Shown here in pieces: positions 44,213 through 53,329 of a DNA stretch of 64,000 bases. The DNA is from an uncultured Syntrophaceae bacterium (GTDB lineage: Bacteria > Desulfobacterota > Syntrophia > Syntrophales > UBA2185). The stretch is taken from assembly GCA_964564625.1 (NCBI GenBank), contig CAZMBE010000004.1, forward strand, positions 51,615-115,614, in the 5' to 3' direction. Position numbers and translations under genes: made by a program. The notes under the pieces were generated by a model that was given only the letters and a program-made list of their open reading frames with translations, was not told where the DNA came from and did not search any database. Position 1 is the first letter of the stretch, and every line of letters starts with the position of its first letter.

Positions 44213-44404
44213 TTATAATTTCAAGGTTTTTCTATTTTGAAATTTTATAACACCAAATAGTAATTATTACAAATAAGAACCCTCAAACCTGATACTTATA
44301 TTCAACCAGGTCATACATAAGAAATGGTGCTTGTTTATTTATTAGACATTGCATAAAAAATCGGAATGAGTAATAATAAATAATATACGCTGTGAGGAAA
44401 TGAA

Positions 44405-44950
44405 ATGGGATATTCTGAGATGATGCATGATATAATGGAGCAGGTGAGAAGGGAGGAATTCAGAAGAAAAAGGGAAAACATTGTAAATCACCCCATTATT
44501 GACGATATCACGGGACTTTACAACGACAGATATCTTCATCTCAGGCTCGATGAAGAAATGGCCAGGGCGAAACATTACAATAAACAATTGTCTTTCATTA
44601 TGCTGGAACTCGGACGTGTAAAAAAATCAGATACTATAACTGAAAATCCTGATGAGGAAGAGATTCTGAAGATGACATCAGACATCATAAGCTCTTGTAT
44701 CAGGTATGATATTGACCTCGCCTTCCGTTATCGAGAAAACAAATTTGCCATAATACTACCAGAAGTAAACGTACATCATGCCGATAATATAGCCCAAAGC
44801 ATTGAAAAACAAATCCGGAAAGCAAGAATGGAGAACATCACCATGCATGCGGGTATTGTTCAGTGTGATTATCACGATCACGCAGAAGAATTAATTAGAT
44901 CGGCCAGTGACGCCCTTCTTAAGGAAAAAAAGAATCAAAAAAACAAATAG
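44405..44950 (+). CDS. Stand-alone degenerate GGDEF-domain protein (motif RYRENKF instead of RxGGDEF)
   Basis: 181 aa. GGDEF-fold landmarks are DDITGLYNDRYL, FIMLELG in place of the metal-binding DxD/DhFK segment, and RYRENKFAIILP at 44726-44746. The C-terminus ends ASDALLKEKKN. Confidence 0.7.
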   Translation: MGYSEMMHDIMEQVRREEFRRKRENIVNHPIIDDITGLYNDRYLHLRLDEEMARAKHYNKQLSFIMLELGRVKKSDTITENPDEEEILKMTSDIISSCIRYDIDLAFRYRENKFAIILPEVNVHHADNIAQSIEKQIRKARMENITMHAGIVQCDYHDHAEELIRSASDALLKEKKNQKNK

Positions 44951-45134
44951 CGCAGCATTCTTGCATCCCCAACCTAAGCCGGGAGAGAAGCCTGTTCAAC
45001 AATGACTCTCATCGGCTACGTGGGAACAAGCTTTGAGGGCGGATGGTAGCGTTACCAAGACATAATTTGAGGAATCTCCTCACAAAGAGATTTCACTATA
45101 AACTTATACCATTGTATAAAAGGAGATTATACCT

Positions 45135-46283
45135 ATGAAATCAATATCGAAAGATGAGCTCAAAGCTCTGATGAGCACACAAAACCCACCTTGTATTTCA
45201 TTATTTATGCCCACCTTCCGTACTGGTGCTGAAATTCAGCAAAATCAAATCAGACTCAGAAATCTTCTTCGTCAAGCTGAAGAAGAATTACTTGCCAATG
45301 GACTCCGTGCGAGCGAGGTAAAAAAGCTGCTTGAACCTGCTCAGGGACTCTTGGGTAATGCAATTTTCTGGCGGCAACAGAGTGACGGTCTTGCCGTATT
45401 TCTATCTGCCGATGTAGTGAGCTACTACTGTTTACCGATTAATTTTGATGAATTCATTATCGTAGCTGACCATTTTCATGTAAAGCCTCTGTTGCCTGCG
45501 TTAAGTGGAGAAGGACGTTTCTACATTTTAACCCTCAGTCAAAAGGGAAGCCATCTTTATGAAGGTACAAAACAGAGCATCAGAGAAATTGAACTTGAAG
45601 CTATACCCAAAAGTCTTGCTGAGGCACTTCAGTATGATGATTTGGAAAAACAAATCCGTTTTCACAGGGGGGCGGCAAGGGGTGGAGAACGTGGATCAAT
45701 GCTTTCAGGTGGTGGAGCTGAGTTGGATGATGCAAAAGAAAACATATTAAAATATTTCAGGCAGATCGATAGAGGATTACATGACCTGCTGAAAGATGAA
45801 CGGATACCTCTCGTACTGGCGGGGGTGGATTACCTCTTCCCCATCTACAGAGAAGCAAACACGTACCCTCACCTCATGGAACAAGGCGTTACAGGAAACC
45901 CCAAGGGAATAAGTACGGAACAATTGCATAAACAGGCCCTGGAAATTGTAAGGCCTTATTTTCAAAAATCTGAAAATGATGCAATCGCCCAATACAGGCA
46001 ATCTTCAGGTACAGGATTGACATCCAGTGATATAAAAGAAATTGTCCGGGCCGCATATCATGGACGGGTAGCGTCGCTTTTTATAACCACTGGTCATCAA
46101 CAATGGGGATTTTTTAACGCGGAAAGTAATGAAGTAGAGTTGCACGATAAAATGAAACCCGGCAGCGAGGGACTTTTGGATTTTTCTGTGATACAGACTT
46201 TCTTGAATGGTGGTATTGTATTTTCGCTTCCTTCAGAAAAAATGCCGGATGATGCGCCAGTAGTAGCTGTATTTCGTTACTAA
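45135..46283 (+). CDS. Hypothetical protein, putatively of the bacterial eRF1-like (baeRF) superfamily
   Basis: 382 aa with a GGAG RBS. The N-terminus (PPCISLFMPTFRTGAEIQQNQIRLRNLL...FWRQQSDGLAVFLSAD...VADHFHVKPLLPAL) and the C-terminus (LLDFSVIQTFLNGGIVFSLPSEKMPDDAPVVAVFRY) match my recollection of baeRF-type proteins. This has not been verified by a search. Confidence 0.45.
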   Translation: MKSISKDELKALMSTQNPPCISLFMPTFRTGAEIQQNQIRLRNLLRQAEEELLANGLRASEVKKLLEPAQGLLGNAIFWRQQSDGLAVFLSADVVSYYCLPINFDEFIIVADHFHVKPLLPALSGEGRFYILTLSQKGSHLYEGTKQSIREIELEAIPKSLAEALQYDDLEKQIRFHRGAARGGERGSMLSGGGAELDDAKENILKYFRQIDRGLHDLLKDERIPLVLAGVDYLFPIYREANTYPHLMEQGVTGNPKGISTEQLHKQALEIVRPYFQKSENDAIAQYRQSSGTGLTSSDIKEIVRAAYHGRVASLFITTGHQQWGFFNAESNEVELHDKMKPGSEGLLDFSVIQTFLNGGIVFSLPSEKMPDDAPVVAVFRY

Positions 46284-46418
46284 AACGGGTCCACAACATC
46301 TCTAGAACAATGCCTCATACCTTGAGCGCGCCAGTCAGATATGAATAACGTTGACCTGATACGCCTTCCCTTAACCAAAGAGGAATAGCGGCGGCTGTTT
46401 TCTTAGTGAATTCTCCGT

Positions 46419-47402
46419 ATGGATTTGCAGAGACGAAAATTAAATGTTGCATGGCTTTCGGTACTGTCAAACACCACTCTTATGGTTATGAAGCTTGCTG
46501 TCGGCCTGGTTATTGGCTCAGTGTCCATAATCTCTGAGGCAATCCATTCCGGCGTAGACCTTCTGGCTTCTCTTATCGCCACGTTTTCTGTCAGCAAATC
46601 AAGTATACCTGCCGATACAAAACACCCCTTCGGTCACGGGAAGGTAGAAAATATTTCTGGCGCCATCGAAGCACTGCTGATTTTTCTCGCCGCTCTGTGG
46701 ATTATCTACGAAGCGATTAAGAAGCTTCTTAATCCTGAGCCAATTGAATATGTAGGTTGGGGTGTTGGCGTGATGTTAATATCCACTGTGGTGAATATAT
46801 TCGTATCCAAATTGCTCTTCAAGGTGGCAAAAGAAACTGATTCCATAGCGTTGGAAGCTGATGCCTGGCACTTGCGAACCGATGTGTATACCTCTCTCGG
46901 TGTCATGGTAAGCCTTGCACTGATTTGGATAGGCCATCTAATTATACCTGATTACGATATTCACTGGCTTGACCCGGCAGCTGCGATCGTTGTTGCGTTA
47001 ATGATAGTAGGCGCCGCCTATAGATTGACACTTCAATCAGCCAGGGACTTGTTGGATGTGAAGCTTCCCGCGGAAGAAGAGGCATGGATACGTAACCTGA
47101 TTATGACACACCAGCCTGTCATACATGGTTTTCATCAATTGCGCACACGCAAGGCAGGAAATTCCCGCTTTGTCGAGTTCCATATCAAGGTTGAGCCTTG
47201 CATGTCAGTCGAGGAATCTCATAAGATCACCGATCAGTTATCCAGAAGTATTGAACATCAATTTCCCTCTACAAGCGTCACGGTTCATACCGAACCATGC
47301 GACGGTAATTGCTTCGGCAACTGTCTCACCGGATGCCTCTTGACCGAAAAAGAGAGGAAGACAGTAATGCATAAAAGCAATGCCGTCAACTCTTGTAAAT
47401 AA
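46419..47402 (+). CDS. Cation diffusion facilitator (CDF) family metal efflux transporter
   Basis: 327 aa with six TM segments. Contains SEAIHSGVDLLAS and EADAWHLRTDVYTS (metal site A, HD/HD-type). Cytoplasmic C-domain with a Cys-rich tail, EPCDGNCFGNCLTGC. Confidence 0.9.
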   Translation: MDLQRRKLNVAWLSVLSNTTLMVMKLAVGLVIGSVSIISEAIHSGVDLLASLIATFSVSKSSIPADTKHPFGHGKVENISGAIEALLIFLAALWIIYEAIKKLLNPEPIEYVGWGVGVMLISTVVNIFVSKLLFKVAKETDSIALEADAWHLRTDVYTSLGVMVSLALIWIGHLIIPDYDIHWLDPAAAIVVALMIVGAAYRLTLQSARDLLDVKLPAEEEAWIRNLIMTHQPVIHGFHQLRTRKAGNSRFVEFHIKVEPCMSVEESHKITDQLSRSIEHQFPSTSVTVHTEPCDGNCFGNCLTGCLLTEKERKTVMHKSNAVNSCK

Positions 47403-48351
47403 ATCTTTCGAACAATTTATGAAAGGGAGTCCAGTGTGAATCATCATTACTGGAATCTTCGATGAATTCCTGAAAGGCATTCACCTTTGCATCGAGATCG
47501 TCAATATGATGGACGATCAACGCCTCCAGGGTTTTTGGACGTTTCGGTGAACCAAATTCATACGTGCCATGATGGCTCAGTATCAAATGCCGGAGCTCCA
47601 TGGCCAGTTGCACCGGAAAATCTTGTGTCGCGGCAATTTTCGTATCCAGCATCTCTATGCCGATTACAATATGTCCGACCAGCCTGCCCTGATCGCTATA
47701 GTCGAAGATACTGTTATAAGAATATTCATAAATCTTCCCTACGTCATGAAGAATCCCGCCCGTTATCAGGAGGTCTCTGTTAATGCCCTGGTAGTGTTGT
47801 GTTACCTGATCTAGAAGGCGAACGACCGAGAGGGTGTGTTCGAGGAGACCGCCAATGTATACATGATGAAAACCTTTTGCTGCAGGGGCCTTTTTAAAAA
47901 GAGTTGTTATCTCCTCGTCATGGAAAAACCCGTACAATAATGACTTCAGACATGGGGTTTGTATGTTCTCGATATAGGCCATGAGGTCTGCGTACATCAT
48001 ATTGATGTTTCCTTTTGCCACTGGCAAATATTCGGCAAGATCGACGTCTGAATCTTCAATCTTCCGAAGGCCTGTGATGGTAATTTGAATGGTGTTTTTA
48101 AAACTGACTACCCCTCCCTTGGCCTGAATTACATCTCCTTTTTTAAACACCTTGTTCCACTCGATCGCGTTTTCCCATATTTTTCCATCAGCCTCTCCAG
48201 TTTTATCCTTAAGGCGAATATTCAGATATGGAGTTCCCTTTTGAGAGAAAGCCATATTTTTCTCAGTTACAAGAAATGATTCATTCACTCTCTCGCCCGG
48301 CTTAACATCCTTGATATAAACAACTTTCGCTTTCATATGCCCACCCGCCAT
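47386..48351 (-). CDS. OB-fold + HD-domain phosphohydrolase (YhaM-like 3'-5' exoribonuclease)
   Basis: 321 aa. N-terminal OB-fold (FLVTEKNMAFSQKGTPYLNIRLKDKTGEADGKIWE). HD domain (GGLLEHTLSV...HDVGKI...SHHG). Confidence 0.72.
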   Translation of the reverse strand: MAGGHMKAKVVYIKDVKPGERVNESFLVTEKNMAFSQKGTPYLNIRLKDKTGEADGKIWENAIEWNKVFKKGDVIQAKGGVVSFKNTIQITITGLRKIEDSDVDLAEYLPVAKGNINMMYADLMAYIENIQTPCLKSLLYGFFHDEEITTLFKKAPAAKGFHHVYIGGLLEHTLSVVRLLDQVTQHYQGINRDLLITGGILHDVGKIYEYSYNSIFDYSDQGRLVGHIVIGIEMLDTKIAATQDFPVQLAMELRHLILSHHGTYEFGSPKRPKTLEALIVHHIDDLDAKVNAFQEFIEDSSNDDSHWTPFHKLFERFIYKS

Positions 48352-49124
48352 TCATGACTATACACATTCATTTTCCCGTCTCTTACAGATCCGATAAGGG
48401 TTATTCCCGCCTCCATGGATGTATGAATGGCAGTGGACGTCGGAACCGAAAGTGATATGATCACCGGTATCCCAAGATTCCAAACCTTGTGAATTATTTC
48501 TAAAGAAACCCTCCCCGTTCTTACGATTATCTTATCCGAGCAATCAATTTCATGGAGGAAGGCATAGCCGCCCAGCATATCAATAGTGTTGTGCCTCCCG
48601 ATATCTTCGCGTACAATAATTATATTTTCACCTTGAGCCAACGCGGAGGAATGGGTACCGCCCGTAATCTTATGAAAGCACGAAGAATCAATAAGTTTGC
48701 CCACAAGGGTGAATACAATTTGAGGAGAAACATGGATACGGTTCTCCAATAAACTCATCGGCGTACACGCAAAATCTTTTCGTACCCAGCTAAGGGCGCC
48801 GCTTGAGGCTATGGTCTTACCTGCATTCCTTCCATTTAAAGGCACTTGTGTCCCGCCTTTTGTATAGACATAGACACTACTTTGCTCATGTGAGACTTCC
48901 AGTCGCTGCAGATCTGTCGCTTCCCGAATGATTCCCTCCGACCTGAGAAAGCCTACTGAGAGATCTTCTCTATGATTGCCGTTGCAGGCAATAGTAATGA
49001 TCTTTTGCCCATTGAGAAATATCTCGAGGGGTACCTCTTTAATTACATCTGCAGATGTTTTCACGAAACAACCATTTTTGTATTGATGAATATCAAATCT
49101 TTCGATATCCGCCTTTATCGCCAT
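48333..49124 (-). CDS. fdhD: Formate dehydrogenase accessory sulfurtransferase FdhD
   Basis: 263 aa. Contains EDIGRHNTIDMLGG and SGRVSLEIIHKVWNLGIPVIISLSVPTS, FdhD family motifs. Confidence 0.85.
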   Translation of the reverse strand: MAIKADIERFDIHQYKNGCFVKTSADVIKEVPLEIFLNGQKIITIACNGNHREDLSVGFLRSEGIIREATDLQRLEVSHEQSSVYVYTKGGTQVPLNGRNAGKTIASSGALSWVRKDFACTPMSLLENRIHVSPQIVFTLVGKLIDSSCFHKITGGTHSSALAQGENIIIVREDIGRHNTIDMLGGYAFLHEIDCSDKIIVRTGRVSLEIIHKVWNLGIPVIISLSVPTSTAIHTSMEAGITLIGSVRDGKMNVYSHEWRVGI

Positions 49125-49128
49125 TTCT

Positions 49129-51039
49129 CTACTTCTCTCTCAAAATACGGTGATCACCTGCTCTAATCGTGAGTTTTGTTATATCAAAGTATTCCATCAA
49201 CGGTATAATGAATTTTCTGGATAGGCCGGTCAACTCCTTAAAGCTTGCCGGTGTGGCTTTTGCATCTTTTATAAGGAGGTTTTTATAATTTTCTCTGAGT
49301 TTGACCAAGATTTGTTTATGAAAATAAAGATCTTCATTTATTTTAACGAGAGTTCCTTCCTTGAGCATTACATTGAGAACGCTCTCTGCCAGGTTTTTCT
49401 GGTGAACAAATTTTTCCATAACCTCCTTGATGGTGGGAGGGGTAAGCCCTGCTTCAAGATAGATTCCTTCCATTGTAGTGTGGAGCTCATCCAGATCGCC
49501 CTTTAAATCTACACGATGCCCGGCGATACGAAGGTTTTCCCTCTCAATGACCATCTCTCCTTTGCTTTCCAAATCTTTCACTGCCATATTGAAAAGCCTT
49601 GGATTTACAAACCGACCTGTAATGCTGCGCAACTCCTCTTTTAAAATCCCCTCTTTCAGGGGATGCCGTTCGTGGTATGCCCTCAACTCCTGCATAATCT
49701 TCATTTTGAAATTCTGAAACACAGGAAAAAATATAAATCTGGATTCATCAATCTCTAAAATAACGACCTTGCGTTCAGAAGCCATAGATTTGAGAATTTT
49801 CTTCAGGCTGTTTTGATGAATCCCTGTCCTTATGACAAGTTCGAGTAGATCAATACCTTCAATTCCCGATCGCTCAATAATAAGAGCAACTCTCTCTACA
49901 TCAGTACCACTATATAGCTGATCAAATTCAAAAAGTGCCTTTTCAGAATTTCTTTTATGTTTTTTGGAAAGGGGATCTATTATTATACCTCCTCCAACTG
50001 TAGTAACAGGTGAATAACTTCTGATGACAAATCTGTCTCTGGCCATAGCAACAATCGGAGATTTTGGAATAACCTGTGCGTAGCCCCTGCCTCCCGGTTC
50101 CACTTCTTCCTGATCGAGGAGTATTATCCGGCCAATGACTTCATTAGTCCCCACATGAAGCCTTACCAGGCTTCTGTTCTTCAATTTTCTGTCGTTGTGT
50201 GATAAATACTCAATACATACGTCCAGCCGACTCGATGGCTTAAGCATATGCGGGCGAGACAAAACATCACCCCTTGCAATTGTGGCTTTTTCGACTCCCT
50301 GTAGATTTATGGCTGTTCTCTGTCCAGCCTCAGCAACAGTTGCACTCTGATTATGGACTTGAATGCCCCGGACCTTTGCGGTAACTCCCTGGGGCAATAT
50401 CTCAACTTCGTCACCAATTTTTATGTCCCCGGAGATCAGAGTTCCTGTGATAACCGTCCCAAAACCTTTCATGGTAAATACCCTGTCCACAGGCAACCGA
50501 AAAAGACCTGCATCCGTTTCTTCTTTTATGTCTGATGCAACTTTGCCGAGACAATCCAACAATTCCTTCAGGCCTGAACCTGTCAATGAAGAAACGGGGA
50601 CAACAGGAGCTTTTTCCAGGAAAGTCCCTTTCAGGAATTCATGAATATCTTCATTGACCAAATAGAGCCATTCCTCCTCCACCATGTCAATTTTGGTGAG
50701 AGCAACAACACCCCTTTTAATACCTAACAATGAGCAAATATTGAGATGTTCCCGTGTCTGCGGCATGACACCTTCATCCGCAGCGATAACCAGGATGACC
50801 ATATCGATCCCTGCCGCCCCGGACACCATATTTTTTATGAATCTCTCATGGCCGGGGACGTCCACTATGCCGAAGGTCTGGCCACTCGGCAGTGCCAGAG
50901 AAGCAAAACCCAGCTCAATGCTGATCCCTCGTTCTTTTTCTTCTTTAAGCCTATCCGTATCGATACCGGTAAGGGCCTTAATAAGGGCAGTTTTTCCGTG
51001 ATCAACATGTCCGGCTGTACCAATGATTATGTGTTTCAT
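49129..51039 (-). CDS. selB: Selenocysteine-specific translation elongation factor SelB
   Basis: 636 aa. The G-domain starts at residue 1 (IIGTAGHVDHGKTALIKALTGIDTDRLKEEKERGISIELGF, DVPGHERF, LTKID). A long winged-helix C-terminal extension is present. Confidence 0.92.
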   Translation of the reverse strand: MKHIIIGTAGHVDHGKTALIKALTGIDTDRLKEEKERGISIELGFASLALPSGQTFGIVDVPGHERFIKNMVSGAAGIDMVILVIAADEGVMPQTREHLNICSLLGIKRGVVALTKIDMVEEEWLYLVNEDIHEFLKGTFLEKAPVVPVSSLTGSGLKELLDCLGKVASDIKEETDAGLFRLPVDRVFTMKGFGTVITGTLISGDIKIGDEVEILPQGVTAKVRGIQVHNQSATVAEAGQRTAINLQGVEKATIARGDVLSRPHMLKPSSRLDVCIEYLSHNDRKLKNRSLVRLHVGTNEVIGRIILLDQEEVEPGGRGYAQVIPKSPIVAMARDRFVIRSYSPVTTVGGGIIIDPLSKKHKRNSEKALFEFDQLYSGTDVERVALIIERSGIEGIDLLELVIRTGIHQNSLKKILKSMASERKVVILEIDESRFIFFPVFQNFKMKIMQELRAYHERHPLKEGILKEELRSITGRFVNPRLFNMAVKDLESKGEMVIERENLRIAGHRVDLKGDLDELHTTMEGIYLEAGLTPPTIKEVMEKFVHQKNLAESVLNVMLKEGTLVKINEDLYFHKQILVKLRENYKNLLIKDAKATPASFKELTGLSRKFIIPLMEYFDITKLTIRAGDHRILREK

Positions 51040-51312
51040 GTGATCTAAATAACAAACTAACCATCATTTCACAATAACAAAAATCCTGCGTTCAATTGAA
51101 GCTCTCCTTGGTAAACTGCGGAAAACCTTCACTCCACAATGCAATATACTATTCCCATTCACTCGCTTACCCCGCAGTAAACTAAGGGGAATGAAGTCTC
51201 TACCGGATTTACACGCAATTAAATGCTTTCACTGAATGAACATTGTATGTAAATCTTCCCTTGAAATAATACGCTGAAATTTGGTAGCATACCGGACTTT
51301 ACAAGGACTGTT

Positions 51313-51738
51313 ATGTCTATAAGGATACTGGGTCTTGATTACGGCAGCAAAAGGATTGGGGTCGCCATGTCTGACGAGTTGGGTATTACTGCTCAGGGGC
51401 TGACTACCATCATCAGGAAAAATCAAAAGCAGGCAATCGAAGAGATCGCCAAGTGGATCAAAACATACAGTGTCGAAAAAATTGTCATCGGCTATCCGAT
51501 AAAACTTGACGGCACCGAGGGCATCCAGTGTGAAAAAATCAGAAAGTTTGTAAAACTTCTGGAGGCGAAATTTTGCATACCTGTGATTACATGGGATGAA
51601 ACCCTTACCACGAAAGAGGCAGAAGGTATCCTGATACAGGCAAATATGCGTAGGGATAAAAGGAAACAAGTGGTTGATAAGCTTGCGGCCGCCCTGATTC
51701 TTCAGGGATACCTGGACTCCCGGAAACGTATGGTATAG
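51313..51738 (+). CDS. ruvX: Holliday junction resolvase-like pre-16S rRNA nuclease RuvX/YqgF
   Basis: 141 aa. Contains ILGLDYGSKRIGVAMSD and DETLTTKEAE. Confidence 0.9.
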   Translation: MSIRILGLDYGSKRIGVAMSDELGITAQGLTTIIRKNQKQAIEEIAKWIKTYSVEKIVIGYPIKLDGTEGIQCEKIRKFVKLLEAKFCIPVITWDETLTTKEAEGILIQANMRRDKRKQVVDKLAAALILQGYLDSRKRMV

Positions 51739-51766
51739 TCCTTGTAGTGTTTAGGAAAACTATTTC

Positions 51767-52789
51767 ATGAAATGGCATACAAGCAAATATAACAAAATGA
51801 AAATCCTTGTTGTCTCTATTGCGGTTGTTTTTTTTCTTCTCTCTTTCATAACAATATACTATGCCATAAACCCTGTAGATAATAAAAATCACGTCGCAAC
51901 GGTCACGATACCGAAGGGTACCAGTTTTCTCCGATCAGTGAACATTCTTGAAGAAGCAGGGTTAATAAAGTACAAGTACCTATTTTATCCATTGGCAATT
52001 TTCAAAAACGCTCAATGCCATATTAAGGCGGGTGAATATGAACTGGCAACCTCTATGTCACCGATGGAAATCATTGATAAATTAGTCATGGGTGACATTA
52101 TTTTTTATCCGGTTACCATTCCTGAGGACTTCACAGTACATGAAATCGCCTCCCGGTTGGCCTCTTTAAATCTGGTAGAGGAAGAGGTGTTTCTTTCCCT
52201 CTCTTCAGACGTCAATTTTTTAGCCTCTTTAGGTATACAAGGCGGTCGTGCAGAAGGATATCTGTATCCGGATACATATTTCCTGGATAAATCGATGAGC
52301 GCAAAGGATATTATGAAGATTATGGTAAATCAATTCTGGAAAATATTTACCCCGGAAATGCAAAAAAGGACAGCTGAATTGGGTATGACAATACCCCAGA
52401 TTTTAACACTCGCATCCTTAATCGGAAAAGAATCGGGAAATAAAGATGAAAAGCCTTTCGTTTCAGCGGTCTTTCACAACCGATTAAAAAAAAGAATGAA
52501 GTTGCAATGCGATCCTACCGCTGTCTACGATCTAAAATATTTCACCGGAACCATAACAAAAAAACATCTGATGAGAAACACACCTTATAACACATACCGT
52601 ATCGATGGACTGCCTCCCGGCCCCATCGCCAACCCGGCCATCGATTCATTACAGGCGGCCCTCTATCCTGCCCATGTAAATTATCTATATTTTGTATCCA
52701 ATAATGATGGTTCCCACCAGTTTTCATCCAATCTTTCCTCTCATAACAACGCGGTCTTAAAATATCAAATTAAAAGAAAAAAAGAGTAA
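51767..52789 (+). CDS. mltG: Endolytic murein transglycosylase MltG (YceG family)
   Basis: 340 aa with an N-terminal TM segment. Contains LASLIGKESGNKDEKPFVSAVFHNRLKKRMKLQCDPT...YNTYRIDGLPPGPIANP. Confidence 0.9.
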   Translation: MKWHTSKYNKMKILVVSIAVVFFLLSFITIYYAINPVDNKNHVATVTIPKGTSFLRSVNILEEAGLIKYKYLFYPLAIFKNAQCHIKAGEYELATSMSPMEIIDKLVMGDIIFYPVTIPEDFTVHEIASRLASLNLVEEEVFLSLSSDVNFLASLGIQGGRAEGYLYPDTYFLDKSMSAKDIMKIMVNQFWKIFTPEMQKRTAELGMTIPQILTLASLIGKESGNKDEKPFVSAVFHNRLKKRMKLQCDPTAVYDLKYFTGTITKKHLMRNTPYNTYRIDGLPPGPIANPAIDSLQAALYPAHVNYLYFVSNNDGSHQFSSNLSSHNNAVLKYQIKRKKE

Positions 52790-52797
52790 TTTTTTTC

Positions 52798-52826
52798 TTG
52801 ACAAACACATTTCCCCTCCTTATAGT
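52798..52826 (+). promoter_or_regulatory. Sigma-70 promoter of the dcw cluster (Pmra): TTGACA-N17-TATAGT
   Basis: The -35 TTGACA is at 52798-52803, the spacer is 17 nt, and the -10 TATAGT is at 52821-52826. Confidence 0.68.
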
Positions 52827-52833
52827 TGACCCA

Positions 52834-52858
52834 GTGGAGCAAAGTGGTTTGTTGTGGA
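52834..52858 (+). promoter_or_regulatory. Putative MraZ operator: three direct GTGG(A/T) repeats with 10-bp periodicity
   Basis: GTGGA is at 52834, GTGGT at 52844 and GTGGA at 52854. The repeats lie between the -10 element and the mraZ start, and the third overlaps the RBS. Confidence 0.55.
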
Positions 52859-52868
52859 GGGAAATCCC

Positions 52869-53315
52869 GTGTCCGTATTCAGAGGTCAGTACTATCATTC
52901 CATTGATGACAAAGGCCGGATCATCTTTCCGGCAAGGTTGCGGGAAGTATTCGCCGAGAAATACGACAACAGACTGGTTATTACAAACTGGGATAGTTAC
53001 CTGATGGTCTTTCCCTATGATGAATGGCTGATCCTCGAGGAGAAGGTAAGTCATCAGTCTCTCCTGCGCAGGGAAGTCAGAGCTTTTCAACGTTTTTTCA
53101 TTTCTCCCTCCGTAGACTGCTCCTTCGATAACCAGGGCCGGGTTCTCATTCCACCTAACCTGAGAGAGTATGCAGCACTGGAGAAAGACATCGTTCTGGC
53201 GGGGATGATTAAAGTCATAGAGATATGGAGTAAAGAACGCTTTGATGAAGAGATGAAGAAAACAGCAGGCGACATAGACGGCTTCAGCAAATATATGGCG
53301 GATCTGGGAATATAG
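52869..53315 (+). CDS. mraZ: Transcriptional regulator MraZ
   Basis: The GTG at 52869 gives [21 protein letters not shown], the canonical MraZ N-terminus, with GGAGGG 7 nt upstream. The track ORF starts 15 nt earlier. A second DxxGR motif ([10 protein letters not shown]) is present. Confidence 0.92.
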   Translation: MSVFRGQYYHSIDDKGRIIFPARLREVFAEKYDNRLVITNWDSYLMVFPYDEWLILEEKVSHQSLLRREVRAFQRFFISPSVDCSFDNQGRVLIPPNLREYAALEKDIVLAGMIKVIEIWSKERFDEEMKKTAGDIDGFSKYMADLGI

Positions 53316-53329
53316 CAAAGGCTAATGGC

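Noticed and set aside
46284-46418. Possible metal (NiCo/czcD-type) riboswitch upstream of the CDF transporter
   Set aside because: I found no four-way-junction-like paired elements and no conserved GGGACAG/CAGC-type motifs by eye. The region is short and has no terminator or RBS-sequestering hairpin.
51040-51312. Search for tRNA-Sec (selC) or another tRNA next to selB
   Set aside because: I could not find an acceptor stem, a T-arm (GTTCRANYC-like) cloverleaf or a GC-rich ~90-nt segment on either strand. Only weak 4-6-bp pairings are present.
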